This document shows, in pieces, positions 9,399 through 19,006 of a DNA stretch of 35,810 nt. The translations under genes and the position numbers were made by a program. Where the stretch lies: the IMG/VR virus record IMGVR_UViG_2579778748_000004, positions 1 to 35,810 of that record; one strand, given 5' to 3'. A model generated the notes under the pieces. It worked only from the letters and a program-made list of their open reading frames with translations. It searched no databases and was not told the origin of the DNA. This stretch comes from a virus. Its lineage: Duplodnaviria; Heunggongvirae; Uroviricota; Caudoviricetes. Position 1 is the first letter of the stretch; each line of letters begins with the position of its first letter.

Positions 9399-10049
9399 CT
9401 ATATTTTTTCTTGCAACTCATCAATAATTTTTTTTGCGGCTTCTTCTTGGGACTCTAAACTGAAATGAGTTTTAGATATCTTCTCCTTTAAATCAGATGC
9501 TTCTTTGTTGTATTCCTTTAATTCATTTAAGTCTATAGGTATATTTTCTGCAGCTACATGAGCATCATTAATCGTTTTAACTTTACTCTCAAGAGCATCC
9601 ATCTCAGGATCAATCTTGTTAATTCTCGCCTCCATGCTTTTAATTTTTCTGCTTAAATTTCTAGGAAGTAAATTAGCATTATCCAACCGCTTCCATGTAA
9701 ACGATTCATCCAAGAAATGGTCAACATATGCCAGTGTTAGCATATATGAAGATATAGCTCGTGCGGAGTTAACGCCTGAGAACTCTGGGACGTGAACTCT
9801 AATGAGTGTGTCAATTTTTTCAGGGAGAGATGAATAAGCGGCAATTTCTTTTTCAGTTAGTTCAATATCACCATATGCTTTCAGCTTGTTAATAATGCAA
9901 ATTATTTGGTCAATTAGGTCATCTGATGTTATTGCCGGAACATCAACCCCAAGAGTATTCGTCATCAACCCATCTTGGATGGTCAGACCTTCTATAGCCT
10001 TCTCAAGCCTCAAAAGTGCGTCATAAGTTCCCTTAAAGCCAGTATGCAT
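9399..10049 (-). CDS. Hypothetical coiled-coil protein, first gene of the Z/fun-position cargo operon
   Basis: 216-aa ORF with an ATG start; K/E-rich heptad-like C-terminus (…EARINKIDPEMDALESKVKTINDAH… and …ESQEEAAKKIIDELQEKI); AT-rich; no catalytic motif I can recognise. Confidence 0.65.
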   Translation of the reverse strand: MHTGFKGTYDALLRLEKAIEGLTIQDGLMTNTLGVDVPAITSDDLIDQIICIINKLKAYGDIELTEKEIAAYSSLPEKIDTLIRVHVPEFSGVNSARAISSYMLTLAYVDHFLDESFTWKRLDNANLLPRNLSRKIKSMEARINKIDPEMDALESKVKTINDAHVAAENIPIDLNELKEYNKEASDLKEKISKTHFSLESQEEAAKKIIDELQEKI

Positions 10050-10075
10050 ATTTTATTCCATGAACTTAAGTGATG

Positions 10076-10081
10076 ATTATA
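10076..10081 (-). promoter_or_regulatory. Candidate -10 hexamer (TATAAT) for the cargo operon
   Basis: Perfect TATAAT on the minus strand about 27 nt upstream of the 216-aa ORF start codon, in an AT-rich intergenic region; no good -35 at canonical spacing. Confidence 0.3.
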
Positions 10082-10343
10082 CAGGCTGCTTTGCAACCTG
10101 CTTTCGTTGTTAGTGTATGTAGCATATACATAATTCTATAGCGTATACCTATTCATTTTACCCTTCGTTTTCACAGGAAGCCATATGATTAATGCCGCTT
10201 AAAAAGCCAGCAGTGTAGTGGCATACGGATTTTGGCCACAGAAGCAGAAGTGTGGGATGTCCGCTCCTGGCACAGAGCGGACTGTCAGATTAGGCTTTAC
10301 TCTGTGCCATAGATATGTAAACTCCCACCAGAACTCATACAAC

Positions 10344-10871
10344 TTATTGCGGCATTTCTGGCCATTCAGGATTTGCAGTATCCACACGACTGACCAGAAC
10401 GTTGTAGCGTTCCCATGCTTCCAGTCGGCTGCGTTCCTCATCTGTTGCCATATTCAGCCTGACAGCGCGCTCCAGCGGCAAAATCACGGATTCAGCATCT
10501 GCAAGAAGTCTGCCTTTCCGATTTTCTGCCTGCTGCTGCAATTCCTCTGCCGTATAAATTCGTTTAATCACAGCACCATCCTTAAACATCCATTTACCTG
10601 AGTCGTCAGCACGTCGGTTGGAGGTAATATCAGGAACCTCAACAACGCTAAAACCTTCAGGATTAAGCGTTGAAGCATCTCTGGTGATAGCGACAATAAT
10701 ATTATTTTCATCGTAAACAATCTTTATTGTGTCTGGCTGAAAGTTCTTCACTTCCTCATACCAGTTTTTTCCGTCCTCAGAGTAAAGCCAGATAACTCCG
10801 TGTTTCTTTGTTAACTCATACTGTTCCAGTGTTTTAGCGTTACCCGCTTTTATGTTCTTTAAGTGCATCAT
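10344..10871 (-). CDS. G: Tail fibre assembly protein G
   Basis: 175 aa; directly downstream of the tail fibre gene; C-terminal ...[10 protein letters not shown] motif typical of tail-fibre assembly chaperones. Confidence 0.85.
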   Translation of the reverse strand: MMHLKNIKAGNAKTLEQYELTKKHGVIWLYSEDGKNWYEEVKNFQPDTIKIVYDENNIIVAITRDASTLNPEGFSVVEVPDITSNRRADDSGKWMFKDGAVIKRIYTAEELQQQAENRKGRLLADAESVILPLERAVRLNMATDEERSRLEAWERYNVLVSRVDTANPEWPEMPQ

Positions 10872-10872
10872 A

Positions 10873-13047
10873 TTAAACGCTCGCTACATTATACCAGGTG
10901 CCATTTATATACTTTTGAACGGGTCTGTAATAAACGCCCGCTATATTATCGGCAGAGTTGGACCCTGTATCCTGAACATTAATACCAGACAATACATGAC
11001 CTGACGGGCACTGGAAATTCCATGTTTGCCAGTTGTTCACTCCATAATATTGCTGTGAACCAAGTCGAACATCTTTCACATATCTGGAATCAAAATTGCC
11101 ATAGTTGCCGGGAATAACTTGCGAACCACAAAGCCAGTTACCGTTATTATCCATGTATGCCTGACCATCGGTGCCATTGGCTGTCCTTGAGTTATTAATC
11201 ATGTAGATGCCAAATTGCTTATTTCCCAGACCGCCAATCATAAATTTGCGGTCGGCATGGTCCTGACGGAGCAAAGCCTGAGCACCATCAGTGGATACCG
11301 CATTACGTCCAAAAATAACATTCTGGTCACGCATATGAATCCACATGCCTGTGCTGCTGTTAATTGCAAGGCGGTTTGCGTACACCCATGCGTTAGTTGT
11401 TATATCTCCTGTAACATCCAGAGCGTGCCCCATAGTTATGCGACCAGTTCTGAGATTCAACGAAAAGGGGCGTAGTGGCCCGATATCACCATTTTCCCCC
11501 TCATTCTCTCGTGTGGGGATAATATGCAGGCATTCTTCAGAACGGCGAAAAATAGCACCAAAGGATGAATTAAAGATTCTCAGTGCATTGACTGTCGATA
11601 TTTTTACTTCACTGCTGAAAAGGGCTTTAACAAGGACAGACAAAGCATCCCATTTAAGATTCATCAGGTCTTTTGTTGTGGTGCCCTGACGGCTTCTCCA
11701 TTTGAAATATTCATTGCCGTTGTCGCCTGTTTCAAACCACATGTATGAATCAGTGTCACCATCGGCATCATTTTTAAATCCAATCTTCGCCCAGTCAGTA
11801 TTTCGAATCCAGGCAAGGATTGAGTCGTTTTCAAAAGTAAGTCCACCGGACAAGGTATCGCCATTTTTTTGCACGGCGTTCCCGGCTCGGTTTACCGTTT
11901 CCTGTAAACCGAGATATTCGATAACGGCGGCAACGGTCGATTTAGCCAGAATATCCCGCCCGACTTTTGTCAGGGTCGCCAGGCTGGCAACATCATTCCC
12001 CGTAAAATACGGAAACCTGTCTGCCGCAGTAGCAAGCCCCGCCAGCGCCGTCAAAGTGGCATCTTTCGGTTGCTTACCCGCAAGCGCATTAGTCATGGTG
12101 GTAGCAAAATTCGGGTCATTGCCCAGCGCCGCCGCCAGCTCGTTCAGCGTATTCAGTGCGTCAGGCGACGAGTCTACAAGGGCGGCAATCGCGGCCATAA
12201 CGAAAGCCGTGTTTGCGATCTGAGTATTATTCGTTCCCTGTCGCGCAGTTGGCGTCGTTGGCGTTCCGGTCAGTGCAGGGCTGTTTAATGGCGCTTTCTT
12301 GTTCGTTTCATCCATTACCGTCTTAACGGCTTTTGGTGTTGCGGCGAGCGTTTCAGACATGCTGTTGGTCGCACTACTTAGCTGGACAAGACCTTTTCGC
12401 GCTGTGGTAGCGTCCTGTGCGGTATATTTCCCGTTAGCAAGGTCATATGCGGCCTTAACCGCTTTCGGCGTTGCGGCCAGTGTTTCAGATGTGCTGTTGG
12501 TCGCATTGCTTAACTGAGTAAAACCTTTTGCGGTCAGCGAGGCGTCCGGGTGACGTCGTGACTGTTCATGCTCTGCAATTTTGTCATCAACGTAATCCTG
12601 CGTCGCCATCACCGTTGTGGTGTCAATGGTCAGCTCCACTGAGGCCACACTGCTGACGATGATGACCATGCGGCAGGTCTGCGAACGCCCTGAGCCTTCG
12701 GCAAGGGCAGGTTTATAACTTTCGGCCATGTTCGCCACGGCAATTAACGTTCCCGCATCATCGTACAGGCCAAGCTCACGCATCCAGAAGCCGCCCACCT
12801 CCGGCGGAATAACCAGCTCTGCGATAATATAATTACTGTTTCGTTTGTCCTGGCTGATTTTGTTCAGCGCATGTCGCCAGACTTCGTGGATAAGCCCGGT
12901 CTGTCCGGCATCCGGGACAGGCAATTTACCACCGCCATCCCCGACGGCCATCGTGGTAATATTGACCTTCCGCCCTCCCGGTGCGGTTGCCGCTGCCAGC
13001 TTTGCTGCACCGGCAGTGGTGATAACGGTTTTGAATTTTGTGCTCAT
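10873..13047 (-). CDS. H: Tail fibre protein H
   Basis: 724 aa; N-terminus conserved with P2 gpH; contains a repeated [19 protein letters not shown] motif; the C-terminal receptor-binding region is expected to be variable. Confidence 0.85.
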   Translation of the reverse strand: MSTKFKTVITTAGAAKLAAATAPGGRKVNITTMAVGDGGGKLPVPDAGQTGLIHEVWRHALNKISQDKRNSNYIIAELVIPPEVGGFWMRELGLYDDAGTLIAVANMAESYKPALAEGSGRSQTCRMVIIVSSVASVELTIDTTTVMATQDYVDDKIAEHEQSRRHPDASLTAKGFTQLSNATNSTSETLAATPKAVKAAYDLANGKYTAQDATTARKGLVQLSSATNSMSETLAATPKAVKTVMDETNKKAPLNSPALTGTPTTPTARQGTNNTQIANTAFVMAAIAALVDSSPDALNTLNELAAALGNDPNFATTMTNALAGKQPKDATLTALAGLATAADRFPYFTGNDVASLATLTKVGRDILAKSTVAAVIEYLGLQETVNRAGNAVQKNGDTLSGGLTFENDSILAWIRNTDWAKIGFKNDADGDTDSYMWFETGDNGNEYFKWRSRQGTTTKDLMNLKWDALSVLVKALFSSEVKISTVNALRIFNSSFGAIFRRSEECLHIIPTRENEGENGDIGPLRPFSLNLRTGRITMGHALDVTGDITTNAWVYANRLAINSSTGMWIHMRDQNVIFGRNAVSTDGAQALLRQDHADRKFMIGGLGNKQFGIYMINNSRTANGTDGQAYMDNNGNWLCGSQVIPGNYGNFDSRYVKDVRLGSQQYYGVNNWQTWNFQCPSGHVLSGINVQDTGSNSADNIAGVYYRPVQKYINGTWYNVASV
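12322..12516. repeat. Internal 132-bp-period direct repeat within the tail fibre gene
   Basis: About 63 bp at 12322..12384 recurs at 12454..12516 with about 85% identity, matching a 44-aa protein repeat. Confidence 0.7.
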
Positions 13048-13057
13048 TATTCCTCAC

Positions 13058-13588
13058 TTATCCGGGGTAAACCGTAATTACATCGCCGTCATAAGCCACA
13101 CCACCGGCGAACAGGTAGCCGGGAATGTCCCGGGTAATGTTCAGACCAATAAGGTGACGGCTTGCAGGTTTGGCATCAGCAATAAGCCGTTCCATTTCCT
13201 GATACATTGCCTCTGTGATGCCACTTTCCAGTACACCAATATCAAGCCGGAAGGTGCCGGGCGGGTCACTGTTTTCCCACCACTCCGTCACGTTGATGAG
13301 ATAGCCGAGCGGCTCCACCACACGCCGGATTGCGCCTATAGTGCCCTTATGGCAGTGAATGAAATACGCATCGCGGATAACGGCGCGTTTTGTTGCTTCC
13401 GGCCACTTTTCATCCCACCTGTCGACCGAAAACGCCCACGCCAGCCACGGCAGCAGATTTGCCGGGCAGGTGTCCGGGTTCCACAGTTCACGAATACTGA
13501 CCGGCGTTTTTTCAATTTCCGCACAGGCTTTTGCGGCAGCAATTTCAAGCGGTGATGAGCCGGTCGGCAGCAGGCGCGAATCACTCAT
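13058..13588 (-). CDS. I: Baseplate protein I
   Basis: 176 aa; P2 synteny between J and H. Confidence 0.8.
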   Translation of the reverse strand: MSDSRLLPTGSSPLEIAAAKACAEIEKTPVSIRELWNPDTCPANLLPWLAWAFSVDRWDEKWPEATKRAVIRDAYFIHCHKGTIGAIRRVVEPLGYLINVTEWWENSDPPGTFRLDIGVLESGITEAMYQEMERLIADAKPASRHLIGLNITRDIPGYLFAGGVAYDGDVITVYPG

Positions 13589-14489
13589 CCGAGCCTCCGG
13601 TCACGACGCGGTATTCGGTGCAGAAAGACGCCTGCGTACTGTTGAGCACGATGTCAGCCAGTGGTGCGGCCAGCTCGACACGCTGCACGCCCTCCACATG
13701 CAAAGCGGCATAAATGGCAGACAGACGGATGTCGCGCCCCAGCCGGTGCTGTGCCGTGATATACGCTTCCAGTTTTTTCACGGCAGCAGCGCGGATGGGT
13801 TCGCTTTCGGGACCAGGGTAAAGGTAAAGCGTGGCGTTTATCTGATATTCAACAATGGCGGCAGACTGCACGGTCACGCGGTCAGCCACCGGCCTGACGT
13901 CCTCGCCATTAAGAGCGTTACGCACCACAGCCAGCAGGTCTTCGGATGCGACACCGTTATTTTCGCGGGACAGCACGGAGATAGTGACACAGGCCGGAGA
14001 CGGACTGGTGACAGAGATATCCGCGACACGCCCGTCGGCACTGCGACCATGATACTGATAGGCTCCCACCGACCCGGCAACGCTTAAACCTTCAAACGCC
14101 TGCTGAATACGCAGACGATAATCGGTGTCAGATTCCATCACTGCCGGTGTCGGCGGGATGGTCGAATCATCTGCCGGGGTGATAATCAGGCGTGTGGTGT
14201 TGTAATTGGCACCAATCACATCAAGGTCATTACCGGCTGCACAGGCCAGCATCACCGCCCGTGCGGCCTCATTCACACGCTGACGCCAGATAAGCTCACG
14301 ATAAGCATTTTCCTCCAGCAGTTTGACGAGAGGTTCGGATTCCAGCGTCAGGGTACGGGCGACCGCCTCCTGCTGGTCTTCCGGGTAAAGGGAAATCAGT
14401 GTCGCCTTGCGTTCGGCAAGAATGGTTTCAAAGTCCAGCTCCTCGACCACATCCGGTGCGGGTAGCTGGTTCAGGTCGATAATCGGCAT
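13581..14489 (-). CDS. J: Baseplate assembly protein J
   Basis: 302 aa; P2 synteny; overlaps the start of I. Confidence 0.85.
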   Translation of the reverse strand: MPIIDLNQLPAPDVVEELDFETILAERKATLISLYPEDQQEAVARTLTLESEPLVKLLEENAYRELIWRQRVNEAARAVMLACAAGNDLDVIGANYNTTRLIITPADDSTIPPTPAVMESDTDYRLRIQQAFEGLSVAGSVGAYQYHGRSADGRVADISVTSPSPACVTISVLSRENNGVASEDLLAVVRNALNGEDVRPVADRVTVQSAAIVEYQINATLYLYPGPESEPIRAAAVKKLEAYITAQHRLGRDIRLSAIYAALHVEGVQRVELAAPLADIVLNSTQASFCTEYRVVTGGSDE

Positions 14490-14493
14490 GGTT

Positions 14494-14841
14494 TCAACTC
14501 ACAGGGATGGTTAACGAAAGTGGCTGGCCGGTGTCGTTGTGCTGACCGGTTAACGTGACCGTCATTCGCCCGTCAAAACTGCGCGCCGTGGTGACGGATG
14601 ACAGGGTGACGCGGGGTTCCCATTTCAGCACTGCCATGTAACAGGCGACCTTAATCTGCAACTCAAGCGCCGGAGTCTGCGGCTGGTCAATCATTGACGC
14701 CAGCAACGAGCCGTAATCACGACGCATCACCCGTGAGCCGACCGGTGTGCGCAGGATATCGCCGATACTCTGGCTGATATGCTCAAGGTCAGTGACCGTC
14801 AGGCCATCACTGCGATTCATTCCGAGATAACGCGCTGTCAT
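14494..14841 (-). CDS. W: Baseplate wedge protein W
   Basis: 115 aa; P2 synteny. Confidence 0.8.
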   Translation of the reverse strand: MTARYLGMNRSDGLTVTDLEHISQSIGDILRTPVGSRVMRRDYGSLLASMIDQPQTPALELQIKVACYMAVLKWEPRVTLSSVTTARSFDGRMTVTLTGQHNDTGQPLSLTIPVS

Positions 14842-15473
14842 AAAGGACTCCCGGTTGTTCCGCCGCTGTCGCCGGGGTGTTTGTGGGTATGCAGTACCTT
14901 ACCGTTTGATGAGAGTTGACCGCCGGTGTGTTCAATGTTGCCGCGCATCGTCCCACCCTTCTGCACTTCCAGCGTGCCGGTAGTCAGTTTGTTAGTGCAG
15001 ACCACTTCCGGTGTGTCCAGGGTGACACGGGTTGACGCTTTCACCGTGACCACCGGTACCGTGGCAGTAACAGAATCAGAAGCCGTCACGCTGGCCGTTT
15101 TAATTCCGCTTACCGTGAGTGCACTGGTTTCGGGTTCATACTCAATCACCGCCCCGTCAGGGAAACGGATATGCAGGGCATCCGCCGACGCAGACGGCGC
15201 GGGGTTATCGCCGGAATAAATCCCCGGCAGAACAAACGCCGTGTCAAGTTCACCGCCCACGGCCAGAATCAGCACCTGCTCCCCCACGGAAGGTGCCCAC
15301 CATGTGCGCGAACGCCCGGCACGACAGGTCAGCCACTGAAGCCAGTCGGTGCACATGCCGCCGGTCTGCACACGGCAGCGACCGGCGTTAAGGTCGGTTT
15401 CGACGACAAGGCCGGTGCGAATCATGTTGCGCAGTGCGCGCGCGAGTTCCTGAATATTTGCGAGAGTGTTCAT
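14838..15473 (-). CDS. V: Baseplate spike/assembly protein V
   Basis: 211 aa; P2 synteny; overlaps W by 4 bp. Confidence 0.8.
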   Translation of the reverse strand: MNTLANIQELARALRNMIRTGLVVETDLNAGRCRVQTGGMCTDWLQWLTCRAGRSRTWWAPSVGEQVLILAVGGELDTAFVLPGIYSGDNPAPSASADALHIRFPDGAVIEYEPETSALTVSGIKTASVTASDSVTATVPVVTVKASTRVTLDTPEVVCTNKLTTGTLEVQKGGTMRGNIEHTGGQLSSNGKVLHTHKHPGDSGGTTGSPL

Positions 15474-15539
15474 AACGGGAAGGATGCCGCCGGGTCATAC
15501 CGGCGGCAATGTGACGATGAGGTGTCAGGAATGGCACAA

Positions 15540-15992
15540 CTAACGGTCGAGGTGAGCCAGAATAATCTCTTCAATCATCTGCACATCCTCACTGGTAAAG
15601 CCGAGCAGAGGACGCGCCGGATAATCAATTTTCTTACCGTCTTTCCGGGTTTCTTCCGACAGACCAAACTGATGCACACTGGCGATTTTCGGTGACTTCC
15701 CGCCGTAAAATTCCATTGCTGCCTGTTCCGGGCTGGCGCGGATATGCAAAAAACGACTGGTGATAAGTTTCGCAAACATTTTTCGCTTAACGCGACCGGT
15801 CTTTTTTCTGGCGCTCTGCTGCTGGCGTGGCGCATAGGGTGTGCCGTCCGGGGCTTTCTGTGCCATCACCCGGCGCTGCTGACTCTGCCGCAGACGTTTC
15901 GCCAGTTCTGCACTCAGTCGCCGACGCCCTGACGGTGACAGCGATTCAATCAGTCCGGTCAGCCGGTCTTCAAAACGCTTAAACTCATTCAT
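15540..15992 (-). CDS. S: Tail completion protein S
   Basis: 150 aa; P2 synteny. Confidence 0.8.
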   Translation of the reverse strand: MNEFKRFEDRLTGLIESLSPSGRRRLSAELAKRLRQSQQRRVMAQKAPDGTPYAPRQQQSARKKTGRVKRKMFAKLITSRFLHIRASPEQAAMEFYGGKSPKIASVHQFGLSEETRKDGKKIDYPARPLLGFTSEDVQMIEEIILAHLDR

Positions 15993-16452
15993 CCCACTTG
16001 CTCACCAGTTCGCCATTGATATAAAGCTCCATCGGGCGGGTGACCGGCTCCGGCGGCGTGGGTTCCGGGATATTCTTCACATGCAGCGCACCGTCCACCT
16101 CACTGACCAGCGTGCGCTCGGTCAGCATCAGGCTGATGCTGATATCAAAGCTGCTGTCATTGTTGATGTCTGCATAAAACGTGAAGCCCTTTTTCTGGCC
16201 TTCGTCGGTGGTCATGATGTCGGGCTGATTTTCCCGCAGCCACGCCAGCACCGGCACAATGAGCAGGTCAAAATCACCGGTAAAGTCGGTCACAATCACA
16301 TTGAGCGTGTAACGCTTTTCGAATGACAGCGACGTCGCCAGTGTGGAGGCAATACTCCCGTTATCCACGAATATCCGCAGCATCTCTGGACTGGTTTTCA
16401 GCACCGTGACGGCATCAGTCAGCGCCCTGCGCAGGCTGTCGGGTTTGAGCAT
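15985..16452 (-). CDS. R: Tail completion protein R
   Basis: 155 aa; P2 synteny. Confidence 0.8.
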   Translation of the reverse strand: MLKPDSLRRALTDAVTVLKTSPEMLRIFVDNGSIASTLATSLSFEKRYTLNVIVTDFTGDFDLLIVPVLAWLRENQPDIMTTDEGQKKGFTFYADINNDSSFDISISLMLTERTLVSEVDGALHVKNIPEPTPPEPVTRPMELYINGELVSKWDE

Positions 16453-16705
16453 CGTTTTCGTCCTGACAGTGTTTAATCATTTTTACCTGGCTGGCACAGC
16501 GTGCCAGCGCGTTCTCAAGCTGCCGGATATCGGCACTTAAATCGCCGTTCGTCTCCGGGTCACTGCCCGGCATCGGGCAAAGGCTCACTTTCGGGCAGGC
16601 GTTGTGGACAATCACTGGCGTCGGTGCAGGCCGGGCGCTGGTGCAACCGGCGCACAGCATCAGGCAGGTCAGCGCCGTACCAGCGGCGAAAATCTTCGTT
16701 TTCAT
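16415..16705 (-). CDS. lysC: Outer-membrane lipoprotein spanin LysC (Rz1-like), embedded in lysB in another frame
   Basis: 96-aa product from the ATG at 16705: MKTKIFAAGTALTCLMLCAGC... with a lipobox and Pro-rich mature part; lies entirely within or overlapping lysB. Confidence 0.7.
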   Translation of the reverse strand: MKTKIFAAGTALTCLMLCAGCTSARPAPTPVIVHNACPKVSLCPMPGSDPETNGDLSADIRQLENALARCASQVKMIKHCQDENDAQTRQPAQGAD

Positions 16706-16985
16706 TAAGTAACCTCGTGATGGTTTTCTCGCGCTGTGCTTCACGCTTCGCGGCGTTCTCCAGTTCCTGACGCAGTACCACCTGCGCCAGCTCGTTTTTG
16801 TCTGCTCTGGTGAGGGCAACATGAAGCTGATTTTTCAGCATGGTGATGGTCGCCTGCTGCCCGCTGGCGACGTTGTTCGCCCTGTCCAGCGAGGCGCGCA
16901 GGCTGGCGTTTTTGTGTTTCACCAGAAACAGACCGGACAGCGCCAGCGATAACAACACGACCAGCACAGTCATCAGCTTTGACAT
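16560..16985 (-). CDS. lysB: Inner-membrane spanin LysB (Rz-like)
   Basis: 141 aa; N-terminal transmembrane segment then coiled-coil periplasmic domain; P2 lysis-cassette synteny. Confidence 0.8.
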   Translation of the reverse strand: MSKLMTVLVVLLSLALSGLFLVKHKNASLRASLDRANNVASGQQATITMLKNQLHVALTRADKNELAQVVLRQELENAAKREAQREKTITRLLNENEDFRRWYGADLPDAVRRLHQRPACTDASDCPQRLPESEPLPDAGQ

Positions 16986-17398
16986 GGTTCCCGCTCCTCA
17001 AGACGCTGACGGCAGGCCGTACATATCAGCCGGAAGAACAGCGACGCCACGAGATAAATCAGCGCGGTAAAAATCCACCCGGTAGCGACCAGCGAGATAA
17101 ACGTCGCCACCATCACCACCAGAGCCGCTGCCCGCCTGCGCCACGGCACCGGCTGCAAAAACAGCGACGTGACAATCTTCACGGCCAGCGATTCCGGTGG
17201 CAGCTCCCGCCCGTAGCGTTCCAGCACATACTCCGTGGCATACACGCCGACACCACCGGCAACCACACAAATAACCGTCGCCAGAATCGCCCAAGTGGCG
17301 ACAAAACTGACGGCCACGCTCTGCGGATAAATCAGGGACAGTGCCAGCATCAGCGCCAGCGACACGTTCAGCATCAGTGAAAGGGATAATTTCTTCAT
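16973..17398 (-). CDS. lysA: Lysis-timing membrane protein LysA
   Basis: 141 aa; multiple hydrophobic helices; sits between K and lysB as in P2. Confidence 0.75.
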   Translation of the reverse strand: MKKLSLSLMLNVSLALMLALSLIYPQSVAVSFVATWAILATVICVVAGGVGVYATEYVLERYGRELPPESLAVKIVTSLFLQPVPWRRRAAALVVMVATFISLVATGWIFTALIYLVASLFFRLICTACRQRLEEREPCQS

Positions 17399-17412
17399 GG
17401 TGTTTACTCCGT

Positions 17413-17910
17413 TTAAGCCGGTACGCCGCCAGCGGTACGCCAGACGGTGACCAGTTTTTCCAGTGAATGCTCACGCTGACCGTAACCGGCACCCGGCAGG
17501 GACGCCCAGATATTGCGACAGCGTGAAATGGCGCGCTCAATGCGCCCCGCCCGGATGTCATCCAGTGCACCGCGTTCGCGGATCAACTGAATGGCAAGTC
17601 TGTCCTGTGACAACGGACTGAAATCCGGCAGGGCAAGCTGTTTGCGGTAATGCGGCCAGAACAGGTAAAGCTGCTGATAGCGACCGGAGGCCGTGGATTT
17701 TTCACCGCGACGGTTAAACACCTTCGCCGGTCGGCCATGTGCGAACGGGTGGTCACTGTAGTCGGTGAAAATTTCCGGCTTCCCGTCCAGTCCGGTGACT
17801 ATCACGTCATAGCCCCGGTTTTTCGTCAGCGGATGGTTTGCCGTCCCTTCGGACTCGGCCAGCATGTCGAGAAAGGCGGCGATATTCTGATGCGTGTTAA
17901 TAACCGGCAT
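17413..17910 (-). CDS. K: Endolysin K (lysozyme)
   Basis: 165 aa; directly follows the holin gene; P2 synteny. Confidence 0.85.
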   Translation of the reverse strand: MPVINTHQNIAAFLDMLAESEGTANHPLTKNRGYDVIVTGLDGKPEIFTDYSDHPFAHGRPAKVFNRRGEKSTASGRYQQLYLFWPHYRKQLALPDFSPLSQDRLAIQLIRERGALDDIRAGRIERAISRCRNIWASLPGAGYGQREHSLEKLVTVWRTAGGVPA

Positions 17911-18191
17911 TACGGTTTCCCCCTGCCCTTAAAGCGGCGCTGAATGGCAATCTCAATCACCTGATAACCGGCGATACCCAGCATGGAGCCGATACCGCAC
18001 ACCGCAGGCAGTGACAGGTCAGGAAACTGCACCAGAACAACACCGGCAACCATCGAGACAAAACCACCGAGCAACATGCGCCCGATAAACAGACGCGGGG
18101 TGATGGGTTCACCACCGGCAAGCACCTTGCCGACAACAATCAGCACCCCAATCATGAAAAGCGACAGGACGCTTTTTTCTTCTGCTGTCAT
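17910..18191 (-). CDS. Y: Holin Y
   Basis: 93 aa; small protein with hydrophobic helices and a charged C-terminus (…RRFKGRGKP); precedes the endolysin gene. Confidence 0.8.
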   Translation of the reverse strand: MTAEEKSVLSLFMIGVLIVVGKVLAGGEPITPRLFIGRMLLGGFVSMVAGVVLVQFPDLSLPAVCGIGSMLGIAGYQVIEIAIQRRFKGRGKP

Positions 18192-18194
18192 GCG

Positions 18195-18398
18195 TTACTC
18201 CCACAGATTGACAGTTTCAGCCACGGGCGCGGTCTGAACGTCGGGCAGTTCGACGGCGGTGCCGTGTGGCAGCACCGCACCCAGTTCAGCCAGTCCCGGA
18301 TTTGCGGCGAGCACGGTCTCAACCACGCCCTCAGTGCGCCCGTAATACCGGACACAAATGGCGTCGAGCGTGTCGCCCTGTAGCGCAAAGGTCTTCAT
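18195..18398 (-). CDS. X: Tail protein X
   Basis: 67-aa product from the internal ATG at 18398 (MKTFALQGDTLDAICVRYYG…); start overlaps the L stop codon (ATGA); P2 synteny. Confidence 0.75.
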   Translation of the reverse strand: MKTFALQGDTLDAICVRYYGRTEGVVETVLAANPGLAELGAVLPHGTAVELPDVQTAPVAETVNLWE

Positions 18399-18907
18399 CA
18401 GATTTGACTCACGATGCAGCGCGGCTTGTCCTGGATGCGCGCCACTGCCCAGCGCATATCCCGCCACAGCTCATCAATGGTGCTGTCAATGCTGTCGGCC
18501 TTCTTGTCGCCTTTCGCACTGGCATCCACGCCGCGATAACGCTCATAAAGCGACGCGGTCGCCATCGCACACACGGCGCGCTCGTAGTAAAAAACTTTGA
18601 TGCTTTCACCGTCGATATCGTCTGCCGGAACGTCCGCCAGACGCGTAAAACCGGCGGCAATTTTCTGTTCGCGGTACTCGTACAGCTCCGCATTTGTTTC
18701 CGCCATGCCTGACTTGATGGCCTCACGCAGACGGGCGGGGGCGACGGTCTGCTCAAGGCGCATACGTTCCCGGACGCGCTTCGGGTCGATATCGGGAAAA
18801 AAGAACGTGTTTTTAATCACCGGCTCGTCGCCTGCCGGTTGCGGGATGACCACCGTACCCTCACCGGACACGGGAGCCTCCTTTCGCGGAATAATCAGCG
18901 TCATCAT
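18398..18907 (-). CDS. L: Head completion protein L
   Basis: About 169 aa from the tandem ATGs at 18904/18907 (MMTLIIPRKEAP…); P2 synteny. Confidence 0.8.
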   Translation of the reverse strand: MMTLIIPRKEAPVSGEGTVVIPQPAGDEPVIKNTFFFPDIDPKRVRERMRLEQTVAPARLREAIKSGMAETNAELYEYREQKIAAGFTRLADVPADDIDGESIKVFYYERAVCAMATASLYERYRGVDASAKGDKKADSIDSTIDELWRDMRWAVARIQDKPRCIVSQI

Positions 18908-19006
18908 GACTACCTCTGAAAAGTCGGGCGGTGGACGCCGGTGCAGTGTCAGGTGATTCACCCTCACTGACCGGCGTGCCGCCCTGGCGCGGGGCGCATT
19001 CGGTTG

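Noticed and set aside
10199-10601. ORFs 10199..10441 (-) and 10218..10601 (+) at the G 3' end and adjacent intergenic region
   Set aside because: They overlap the G coding sequence or the AT-rich promoter region of the cargo operon, have no ribosome-binding site, and give Cys/Trp/Phe-rich translations.
11215-12517. Several plus-strand ORFs (up to 173 aa) inside tail fibre gene H
   Set aside because: Antisense to H; the repeated peptide in ORF 12299..12517 is just the mirror of the H internal repeat.
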